64,000 bases of DNA, taken from IMG/VR virus record IMGVR_UViG_3300042891_000356; one strand, 5' to 3'. Below, piece by piece: positions 56,670-64,000 of the stretch. Source of the DNA: an uncultured virus (IMG/VR IMGVR_UViG_3300042891_000356) (lineage: Duplodnaviria; Heunggongvirae; Uroviricota; Caudoviricetes). Positions within the stretch are counted from its first letter, which is position 1. The number at the start of each line of letters is the position of its first letter. The notes below the pieces were generated by a model. That model did no database searches. It had not been told where the DNA came from and was given only the letters and a program-made list of their open reading frames with translations. A program made the position numbers and the translations under genes.

Positions 56670-59090
56670 TTATCCAGGTTGTAGTCCAGTCCATGTAATT
56701 GTACCAAAGCCAGATCGTCCTGCTGATCCCGGAACATTTTTGTATCCAGCAGCTGAACCATTTCCTCCGCTTGCACCGCCATTGGTAGATCCTTTACCCG
56801 GACTAAATGAACCTCGAGCTCTAGCTGCACCGCCTGCACCGCCAGACTGCGATAAAATAGTGCTTGCACCTAAGGTAATAGCAGATGATCCTCCGCTCGC
56901 ACCTTGACCTTGTCCCCCACCGCCGGCACCACCAGACCCAATGTCATATGAATATGTTTGACCTGCTGACACAGTTCGAGTCACTGACACTAAATCCGAT
57001 GCTCCGCCACCAAGCCCATACAAATTATGATTTTTATCTCCGCCATCTGATCCACCACCACCACCACCACCGCCACATATAGTAAATGTAGCAGACGTTA
57101 CATAATCAGGCACAGTCCAACTTCCACTACCGGATAATGTTAAACTACCAGTAAATGGTATAGGTGCTCTCGAAGTATCAGCAATAGCACAACTAGCACT
57201 TCCTGGTACACCGTGTAATGTAATAGTTAATCTTTCGATGCCTTCTGTGAGTGAATCTGATGCTAGAGTAAATGACGCAGTGTTTACATTTCCAACTATA
57301 AAATTGCCAGTCATTGATCCAGATGATAAGTCTGCGGCACTAATGCCACTAACTGAATATGGAATTACTGTGCCTGAATCAACATAACTAGTTGATAAAG
57401 TAAATGTAACTGATTCACTTTCATCTATTGTTGCAACATTGCCAGTAAGTGAATATACCGGAGTCAATGATGTATCTAATACTGTACAAGTTGCAGATGC
57501 AGTAGAATTATCAACTGACACACGTATTGTTCTTGTACCATTTGTGGTATTATTTTCTCTAGGAGTAAATGTAATGGTATCAGTTGTACCAACAATAAAA
57601 TTACCCGTTAATGCACCAGCCGATAAATCAACCGCATCGATACCTGTAGCAGTATAAGGAATCGATGTACCTGCAGCAATACCTGTAGTTGCTAGTGTAA
57701 ATACCACTGAATCACCTTCGGTAATACTTGCTGAATCTGCAGATAATGAATATGTTATTGCAGGAGTTAATAAATTTTCAGAACCAACAACAGCATCTGC
57801 AGAAATCAATGGTTCCCATACTCCACTAACTTTAGTCCAACCATTTAATAGTTGTCGCCATGAGCCGCCAACTTTGACCCAGGCACTGTTAACTGGGTTC
57901 CAATTACCGGAACGTTTTACATTTATATTAAATGATTTATTAAATATTAATAAAGCAGCTCCACTATTTGAAGCATACCCAACATTTCTACCTGGATAAA
58001 CTGATACATTAACACCACCCGGAGTTGTTCCGCTACCACCATAAATTACTGTGCCAAAACTTACTCCGCCTTGACCACCCTTGCCAGCAGCACCACTTGC
58101 TCCAGCAAGTCCGCTATAAAATCCACCACCGCCACCACCACCTGTAGCCGGTCCTGAAGCTGATGGTAAACCGGATCCTTGTGTGCCTGATCCAATTCCT
58201 AAAATAGTTGCTGCTGTTGCGGCTGTACCTACAGCTCCAGCGGTCCCACCGCCACCGCCACCGCCACCACCTGCGGCAACTGCAACAATAGTTCCATTTA
58301 CAGTGATTACTGTAGCGGCACCACCGCCACCCCCACGACCTCCATTCGATGATACTCCGGCACTGCCACCATTGAAGCTAGAGGATACTGCACTTTGTCC
58401 GCCTACAGACCCAACTCCTGCACTACCAACTGAAATTACAATTACATCGCCTGCGGTAACTTGAATTTTTCTTGATGCATAACCCCCGCCAGCGCCTTGA
58501 CCACCAGCACCGCCATTTGCTGGCTCATAAACGGGTGTAACTAAATCTGAATATTCAACTTGTGTAGTATATATAGGTTGTGTAGTGTAAACTGCTTGAG
58601 ATGAATATACTGGTCGAGTTTCATACACTGGCTCAGTCGAAAATACCGGTACAGTTGAATATACTGGTACAGTTCGATATCTCATTATCAGGCCGCCCGA
58701 ATGTGAGGTATTTTTATTACTACTAGGATTGCTAGAATATTTTCTGTCGTTTATTGTTGCAGATTCAAGATATGCTTCTTGTGTTGTACCTGTTTGTACC
58801 CGTTGTGTACCTGTCTGTACTTGCTGTGTACCTGTCTGTACCTGTTCTGTACCTATTTGTATTTGCTGTGTACCTGTTTGTACCTGCTGTGTACCTGTCT
58901 GTACCTGTGCTGTACCTGTTTGTACCCGAGTTGTAGAGGTACCACTTTGTAGTTGAACTTTTGGTCCTTGGGCACCAGCAGCTCCTCCAGCACCCCATAT
59001 ATGAAATTCAAGTGATCCTACTCCTTGCGGAATAATATAGGTATAGGTACCGGGTGTAGTATATGATGTAGTTTGACTTATAAGACTCAT
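56670..59090 (-). CDS. glycine-rich tail fibre / adhesin with Ig- or Calx-beta-like domains
   Basis: Gly-rich domains at both ends, WVKVGGSWR linker, two related SITEGDSV/TIDESESV domains, heptad and hexad repeats. Confidence 0.75.
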   Translation of the reverse strand: MSLISQTTSYTTPGTYTYIIPQGVGSLEFHIWGAGGAAGAQGPKVQLQSGTSTTRVQTGTAQVQTGTQQVQTGTQQIQIGTEQVQTGTQQVQTGTQRVQTGTTQEAYLESATINDRKYSSNPSSNKNTSHSGGLIMRYRTVPVYSTVPVFSTEPVYETRPVYSSQAVYTTQPIYTTQVEYSDLVTPVYEPANGGAGGQGAGGGYASRKIQVTAGDVIVISVGSAGVGSVGGQSAVSSSFNGGSAGVSSNGGRGGGGGAATVITVNGTIVAVAAGGGGGGGGGTAGAVGTAATAATILGIGSGTQGSGLPSASGPATGGGGGGGFYSGLAGASGAAGKGGQGGVSFGTVIYGGSGTTPGGVNVSVYPGRNVGYASNSGAALLIFNKSFNINVKRSGNWNPVNSAWVKVGGSWRQLLNGWTKVSGVWEPLISADAVVGSENLLTPAITYSLSADSASITEGDSVVFTLATTGIAAGTSIPYTATGIDAVDLSAGALTGNFIVGTTDTITFTPRENNTTNGTRTIRVSVDNSTASATCTVLDTSLTPVYSLTGNVATIDESESVTFTLSTSYVDSGTVIPYSVSGISAADLSSGSMTGNFIVGNVNTASFTLASDSLTEGIERLTITLHGVPGSASCAIADTSRAPIPFTGSLTLSGSGSWTVPDYVTSATFTICGGGGGGGGSDGGDKNHNLYGLGGGASDLVSVTRTVSAGQTYSYDIGSGGAGGGGQGQGASGGSSAITLGASTILSQSGGAGGAARARGSFSPGKGSTNGGASGGNGSAAGYKNVPGSAGRSGFGTITWTGLQPG
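58548..58931 (-). repeat. 7 x 21-nt (xQVQTGT) and 7 x 18-nt (TxPVYx) tandem repeats
   Basis: Heptads at 58785-58931, hexads at 58548-58673. Confidence 0.85.
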
Positions 59091-59890
59091 TAATCAGTTT
59101 CCTTGGTGTTGCAAATTGTGTCGTAATCTTGCATTGTTAGTGTATTACCTTCTTGACTAAGAGCAATTAAGCGTTCTGCTAAATCATGTAAATCCGCATC
59201 TGTTTCAGCATCTTCGCGAGCATATTCAAATAAGCGTATTAATAGTGGAATGTCAACACTAACAACATCTTGTGGATTAAAACTTTCGTCTAATTCTACT
59301 GTATCCAATTCTTTAGCATCTAATTCTGTTGAATCTAATTCTTTATTATCTAATTCTTTAGTATTCAATGATTTAATTTCTGTGTCAACTGGTGTTTTTT
59401 CAATTGGAGTAGCACCAATTGCTGAACCTAACCCGCCACCTTTTGCTCCACCACCTGCACCATCATCTGCGCTGTGCCATTGATCTGTACCATCATGCCA
59501 TTGATCATTTCCGTTGTGCCAAGCTGGGTTATCACCGGTCCACGCATCTTCTTTAAAGTGTTTAAAATAATTAACCTGACGTTCACGTTTTTCAGCGCCA
59601 GCTCGAGTTGGATACTTGCCCAAGTTCTTACCTGATTTACTAACAAGTTCGTATTGACTTCCTACTTTCTTAATTGTTTCGTCTACTGGTTTAGCTAGAG
59701 CAGTAACTTTCTGATGAATACGTGTACTATATTCTTTACCGTGTTTGTTACGTAGATGTGTCATGTAATCAAAGTATTCTTGACGTGCAGCGGGATTAGC
59801 TAATGCGCTATTCACTAGACCACGTGCTGTAATGACATCAGCCATTTCAGTATCTTCTTTAACTACGGGATTTAAATCATATATTCTCAT
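59090..59890 (-). CDS. modular putative head protein
   Basis: Leader MRIYDL..VKE; modules GKNLGKY..REREQV-like and DIPLLIRLFEYARED; LDxxE pentapeptide repeats; upstream TAAATA. Confidence 0.7.
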   Translation of the reverse strand: MRIYDLNPVVKEDTEMADVITARGLVNSALANPAARQEYFDYMTHLRNKHGKEYSTRIHQKVTALAKPVDETIKKVGSQYELVSKSGKNLGKYPTRAGAEKRERQVNYFKHFKEDAWTGDNPAWHNGNDQWHDGTDQWHSADDGAGGGAKGGGLGSAIGATPIEKTPVDTEIKSLNTKELDNKELDSTELDAKELDTVELDESFNPQDVVSVDIPLLIRLFEYAREDAETDADLHDLAERLIALSQEGNTLTMQDYDTICNTKETD

Positions 59891-59960
59891 ATTTGTTCTC
59901 GGACTGACTCATATAAGATATTTATGCTAATTTAATTCTAAGTAAAACTTACGAAAAGAC

Positions 59961-59989
59961 TTGACTTTAACTGCAAATGATAGTATAAT
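59961..59989 (+). promoter_or_regulatory. sigma70 consensus promoter
   Basis: TTGACT-N17-TATAAT; the ORF-track TTG start is actually the -35 box. Confidence 0.8.
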
Positions 59990-59993
59990 AGCT

Positions 59994-60470
59994 ATGTCTT
60001 TAATCAACCTAAGAGTAAACTCAATGACGCAAGTAGCAGAACTATTAAATGAAATTATCGGTGACCCAATTAACGGACCATATGAAGGCGAGGATTATTG
60101 GATTGATCAAGATGGCACAATACAAGTAGCTGAAAATAATGTTAAGTTAGCGGCTATCATTATGCGTCGAGCAAATAATAGTGGATACTTTGATACTAAG
60201 TTAGTCAAGGTGGGCAACAAGGGCGATAGTATATTACTTGGCTTTGATACGATGGCCGACATTGAGCCAATATACACAGCAAACATTGGTTTTAAACGTG
60301 ATACGTTAGCTGAAGTTAAACGAGATAATGCTGGTAAGTTTTGTGTATATCTTAATAAGAAACGTGCTGCCCGTATGTTTAGTAAACTATCAGCAGTTAA
60401 AGCATACTTGAAGAAGTTAGACGCAGATTTACAAACAGACGGACAAGAACCAGAAGCACACGACGATTAA
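59994..60470 (+). CDS. hypothetical early protein inserted in the late region
   Basis: Plus-strand ORF with its own promoter and terminator; start is 59994 or 60024. Confidence 0.65.
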   Translation: MSLINLRVNSMTQVAELLNEIIGDPINGPYEGEDYWIDQDGTIQVAENNVKLAAIIMRRANNSGYFDTKLVKVGNKGDSILLGFDTMADIEPIYTANIGFKRDTLAEVKRDNAGKFCVYLNKKRAARMFSKLSAVKAYLKKLDADLQTDGQEPEAHDD

Positions 60471-60488
60471 AGGGTCGCCCCTTTAATC
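60465..60488. terminator. bidirectional terminator hairpin
   Basis: Perfect 10-bp inverted repeat GATTAAAGGG-TCGC-CCCTTTAATC between convergent stops. Confidence 0.8.
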
Positions 60489-63400
60489 TTATGGTGTTAG
60501 TTTAGCTTGATTCGCTATGGCTTTAAACTGTGTTGCAAGTTTAGGATCTTCAGCGGCTTTATTAAGTACACCCATTATTGGAGCAAGTGCTTTTACATCA
60601 GTTGACGTTGCTGTACCCATCGTAGCTGAATCAAGTGCTTTATCTAATGTTGCTGGAGCAACTGTAGTACCAGTTGCGGCTTTTAATGTATTTGTTGCTG
60701 CAGACGCTTTTGCTGCCGCTACTGGATCAACTGCTGGTTTAGCAGTAGTAGTTACTGGAGTAGCAGGATTTGCGCCAGGAGCTGCAAACTCCTTAACCGG
60801 CTTTTTTCCAGCTTCTTTTTCCTTACGTAAACGTATTTGCTCTTGACGTTCTGCTGGGGTAGGAATCTGTACAGTATTCATACGATCCATATTACCTAAC
60901 TTAGTAGCAATAACTTTATGTCCACGTGATTCTTTAAATTCACGCAACTTGTTTTGTAAGTCTGAATACTGTTGATTCAAACTACCTAATCTACGTACTA
61001 ATTCAGCTTTAAGTTGTGGATCTTTATGTGTGTCTGGATCCATTTGAATTTGTTGTAACGCACTACGTTTAGCCGCATAATCTTCTTTATCACGCAATGG
61101 AGTTTCGCTGCCTTCACTAATTCCGTCAACAGTATCTCTAATTTTTAGTACGCCAGCAACTGCTTTTTGTGCTGAGGCTGTATCACCCTTTTCGTTTGCC
61201 GCTCTTGATTTTGCTAATAAATTATCTACAGCTTTATTCTTTTTAATAGCAAACTTCAATCTATCAGGACTTGTACTATTAGATGCTACATGCGGAGCAA
61301 GTTGTTGAGCTCTAGCAGTGCCTACTTTAGTAACTAAATCAGTGGACAATTCTGATATTGATTTAGTTTCGCCTAAACGATTGCGATTAGCCGCACGTGC
61401 CGCCATACTGCTCACACCAGCCTGTGCTTGTTTCTTATCTTTCATCGGATCTTCGTTTTTAACTGTTAAAATTTCATTTGAGAATTTAACTTTAGTAGGA
61501 TTAATGCTGTCAACATAGTGTTGAATAGCTGGACTATTGTTGTTACAATCTACTAGATCTTTAAGTAAGAACGGTTGACTTGTAGCCGCTACTACCATAT
61601 TAGTAATAACTTCTGGTGCAACCTCTGTGTGTCCTTGTTGAATAAGTTCTTGTACTGCGGCCAACACAGCACCTTCAACTGGATCATTAGATTCAATGCC
61701 TTCACCTAGATATTTTGTCTGCGCTCTAATACCAATGTCACGTGGATTTGGTGTACTTGGATCTGCCATTAGTTTAGCACGTGCCACCACCGCTTCATCT
61801 TGTGTAGCATATTCACCTGGGAACTCATAGTTAGGTTCATTGTTAGGACCACGACCTGATAAAGTATAAACTTTAGTCTGTGGACGTTTTGCTTGAGCCG
61901 CATCAGCTTCGGCATCTGCTTTCTCTTGACGACGTGCATCGTATTCAGCATCTGGGTCACGCTCACGACTGCTACTACGTTCTTCAGGACCACTTTCCCA
62001 CCCTTCATCTACTTCTTTACTAACAGAATCATGATAGTATTCAGCACTTGCTACTTTTAAACCATTGGCTTCTGCGTACTGTGTGGCACCTTTGTGTGTG
62101 CGGAATTTTTTCTTAACTGTTTTAGTTTTTGGATCGTATACATAGAAATCGTTGTTCCAAGTAGTACGTGCTTCCACCACACCTTGATTTTGCTTTTTAA
62201 TCCATGCATTGGCTTCTTCAGCTGATTTAAATGGACCAGCAACACTTCCGCCTTGACCATCTTTAAATACACGCCAAACACCGTCTTTAGTTTCACGACC
62301 AGTGTAGTTTTCTGCTAGGTCTTTTACTAAACGTACATCTTGTTTAAGCACTACTGCTTGCCCACCATCTTCTAAGTCTAGGTCAAGATATACACGGTTT
62401 TTTAACTTGTCGGTTTTAATTTGACGAACATATCCAGTTTTACCCGCATCACGACCTTTAACGATAGTAACCTTTTTATGTAGACCTTTGCTAGGACCAC
62501 GACCTTCGTCAACTTCTTCATCATCGTACCAGTCATCTTCTTCATCTTCTTCATCTTCGTAGTCATCTTCCGCAGGACCGTAGTCCATAACGTCTAAGCT
62601 ATCCCAATCTGGATTTGGAGTATAGTTACCATTGGCTTTAAGAGCAAACTCTATAGCTTTATGTGCTAGGTCATCGTAGTTAGCAACAGCACCGATGTAC
62701 GGCTCTAATTGATCAAAACTTGCTTCGTTGAACAAATCGCCATCATTGTAGTGACGATAAACAATTTTACTAGACGCACGTAATACTTCACCTTCGATAG
62801 TATCCGCTTTACCTTGGCTAGGAACTAATTCATTATATAGTGCATCATATTCTTTTTGTAATGCGCCAGTGCCACTCCAGTAAGTATGTGGGCTGTCAGG
62901 TAATGTTACACGGTCACTGCCTGTGTTCCAACCTTCATTAAAACGACTACGGTATGAGTTTGCACCCATTGAGCTACGTGAACCAATAACACGTTGGCCT
63001 TCACCACTTAACAATAAATCGTACATTAGTTTAATAACAGCCATTGGACTAACTAAACTATCAAGTCTGTTTTTAAACCATTGAACTTTTTCTGGTTTCA
63101 TTGGTCGTGCGCTTGGTTTACTAATTAATGCAAATGCACGTGCTTTTAATGTAGCTAAATCTTTAATGCCTTCTAATTCTTTGATATCGTCGGCTGTAAA
63201 GTTATCTGTATCTTTTTTGTATTCATTTAATTCGTTATTTTCAACAGTAGTATAACGTTTACTTGGTTTACCATGTTTAGTATATTCACGAATTGGACGA
63301 TCACTTTTACGACCTGGACGTTTGGGTTCTACACCAATGTCATCTTCCATAAACTTAGCCCATTCTTCTGCTAACTCTTGTTCTTTAGTTTTAGGAGTAG

Positions 63401-63581
63401 GGCCTTTGGCTAGATCTTTAAGCACACTTTCGTCTGCACTACCTACTAATTTGCCTTTAAATGGATGTTCTTTAGTACCCACTTTAGCTACATCAGTACC
63501 ACGTACTTGATCACCCGGTTTTTGCTCGGGTTCACCAGCAAATTTAGTCATAGCTTCTAATAATTTTTTCATCATGCTCAT
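60489..63581 (-). CDS. 1030-aa modular polyprotein-like putative head protein
   Basis: Many short modules (one KOW-like: VTIVKGRDAGKTG) separated by [LVIF]xE sites. Confidence 0.7.
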   Translation of the reverse strand: MSMMKKLLEAMTKFAGEPEQKPGDQVRGTDVAKVGTKEHPFKGKLVGSADESVLKDLAKGPTPKTKEQELAEEWAKFMEDDIGVEPKRPGRKSDRPIREYTKHGKPSKRYTTVENNELNEYKKDTDNFTADDIKELEGIKDLATLKARAFALISKPSARPMKPEKVQWFKNRLDSLVSPMAVIKLMYDLLLSGEGQRVIGSRSSMGANSYRSRFNEGWNTGSDRVTLPDSPHTYWSGTGALQKEYDALYNELVPSQGKADTIEGEVLRASSKIVYRHYNDGDLFNEASFDQLEPYIGAVANYDDLAHKAIEFALKANGNYTPNPDWDSLDVMDYGPAEDDYEDEEDEEDDWYDDEEVDEGRGPSKGLHKKVTIVKGRDAGKTGYVRQIKTDKLKNRVYLDLDLEDGGQAVVLKQDVRLVKDLAENYTGRETKDGVWRVFKDGQGGSVAGPFKSAEEANAWIKKQNQGVVEARTTWNNDFYVYDPKTKTVKKKFRTHKGATQYAEANGLKVASAEYYHDSVSKEVDEGWESGPEERSSSRERDPDAEYDARRQEKADAEADAAQAKRPQTKVYTLSGRGPNNEPNYEFPGEYATQDEAVVARAKLMADPSTPNPRDIGIRAQTKYLGEGIESNDPVEGAVLAAVQELIQQGHTEVAPEVITNMVVAATSQPFLLKDLVDCNNNSPAIQHYVDSINPTKVKFSNEILTVKNEDPMKDKKQAQAGVSSMAARAANRNRLGETKSISELSTDLVTKVGTARAQQLAPHVASNSTSPDRLKFAIKKNKAVDNLLAKSRAANEKGDTASAQKAVAGVLKIRDTVDGISEGSETPLRDKEDYAAKRSALQQIQMDPDTHKDPQLKAELVRRLGSLNQQYSDLQNKLREFKESRGHKVIATKLGNMDRMNTVQIPTPAERQEQIRLRKEKEAGKKPVKEFAAPGANPATPVTTTAKPAVDPVAAAKASAATNTLKAATGTTVAPATLDKALDSATMGTATSTDVKALAPIMGVLNKAAEDPKLATQFKAIANQAKLTP

Positions 63582-63745
63582 TTTGTTTTTCTCTTTTTAG
63601 GTTGTTTATACGTGCCGCCAAACAAGGTACCTACTTTAGGTCCAGTGCCTACGCCCGGTACAGTAGCAATAGCGCCAGAGCTAGTTGCTCCGCCTGTTGC
63701 ATCTTCGGTTAAGTCTGGTCGTTTGATAATATCGGTTATTTTCAT
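63578..63745 (-). CDS. small putative head protein (55 aa, not in ORF track)
   Basis: MKITDIIKRPDLTEDATGGATSSGAIA...KKRKTK*; TAAATA 5 nt upstream; ATGA overlap. Confidence 0.65.
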   Translation of the reverse strand: MKITDIIKRPDLTEDATGGATSSGAIATVPGVGTGPKVGTLFGGTYKQPKKRKTK

Positions 63746-63753
63746 ATATGTAT

Positions 63754-64000
63754 TTATTGTAATGTAAAACTTATAGTATGTTCATTGATCTGCTCAAAGG
63801 TAAACATAGTATCGATGACTTGTAAATTATCAAGAGTAAATACAGCTTGGCCTGATAGATGAAGAATAGGTTGAATAGTTATTAAATTTGTTGTTTTTGT
63901 ATATGCCCATATGTTTTCTTTAATGCATATATTATTTTTCCAAATCCAAGTGCGTTCAGTTAACAAATCATTGTTAATATATAATCTATATGCTACCTGT
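63754..64000 (-). CDS. 5'-truncated hypothetical protein
   Basis: Frame continues to the window edge (YRLYINNDLLTERTWIW). Confidence 0.55.
   Translation of the reverse strand, partial: QVAYRLYINNDLLTERTWIWKNNICIKENIWAYTKTTNLITIQPILHLSGQAVFTLDNLQVIDTMFTFEQINEHTISFTLQ

Noticed and set aside
58785..58931. 21-nt repeats as a CRISPR array
   Set aside because: Tandem with no unique spacers, in frame within a coding gene, and no cas genes nearby.
56670..59090. Diversity-generating retroelement target
   Set aside because: No reverse transcriptase and no template/variable repeat pair is visible in the window.
1..64000. Stop-codon reassignment (as in some large phages)
   Set aside because: Well-known genes (thyA, polymerase, folE) are intact in code 11, and TAA, TAG and TGA all terminate genes at sensible positions.

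Overview
This is a 64-kb segment of a large T4-like (jumbo myovirus-type) dsDNA bacteriophage genome. It is AT-rich, densely packed, almost entirely minus-strand, and read with standard code 11. The left ~40 kb holds sugar-modifying enzymes, thyA/folA, a HIT protein, a MoxR AAA+/VWA pair, early genes each behind a near-consensus sigma70 promoter (including a small alarmone hydrolase), T4-type replication genes (RNase H, sliding clamp, family-B polymerase, DsbA-like) and a dispersed 7-deazaguanine DNA-modification pathway (folE, queD, queE, a DpdA/TGT-like transglycosylase and a DpdL-like T-fold protein; no queC seen). That pathway is interleaved with a glycosyltransferase, a phosphoribosyltransferase and radical-SAM/methyltransferase cassettes. 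The right ~24 kb is a late region with TAAATA promoters. About 14 unrelated proteins there (SOD, zincin, amidoligase, methyltransferase, ParB-like, GNAT, three nucleotidyltransferases, modular polyproteins) share an N-terminal M-R/K-x-x-E/D-F/L-x-x-E leader. It resembles the T4 capsid-targeting, prohead-protease-cleaved sequence and suggests an arsenal of virion-packaged, injected effectors. Within this region lies a block with a secreted endonuclease, two tandem fatty-acid desaturases, 2OG-Fe(II) oxygenases and a Gly-rich fibre. All calls come from motifs recognised by eye; no database searches were run.
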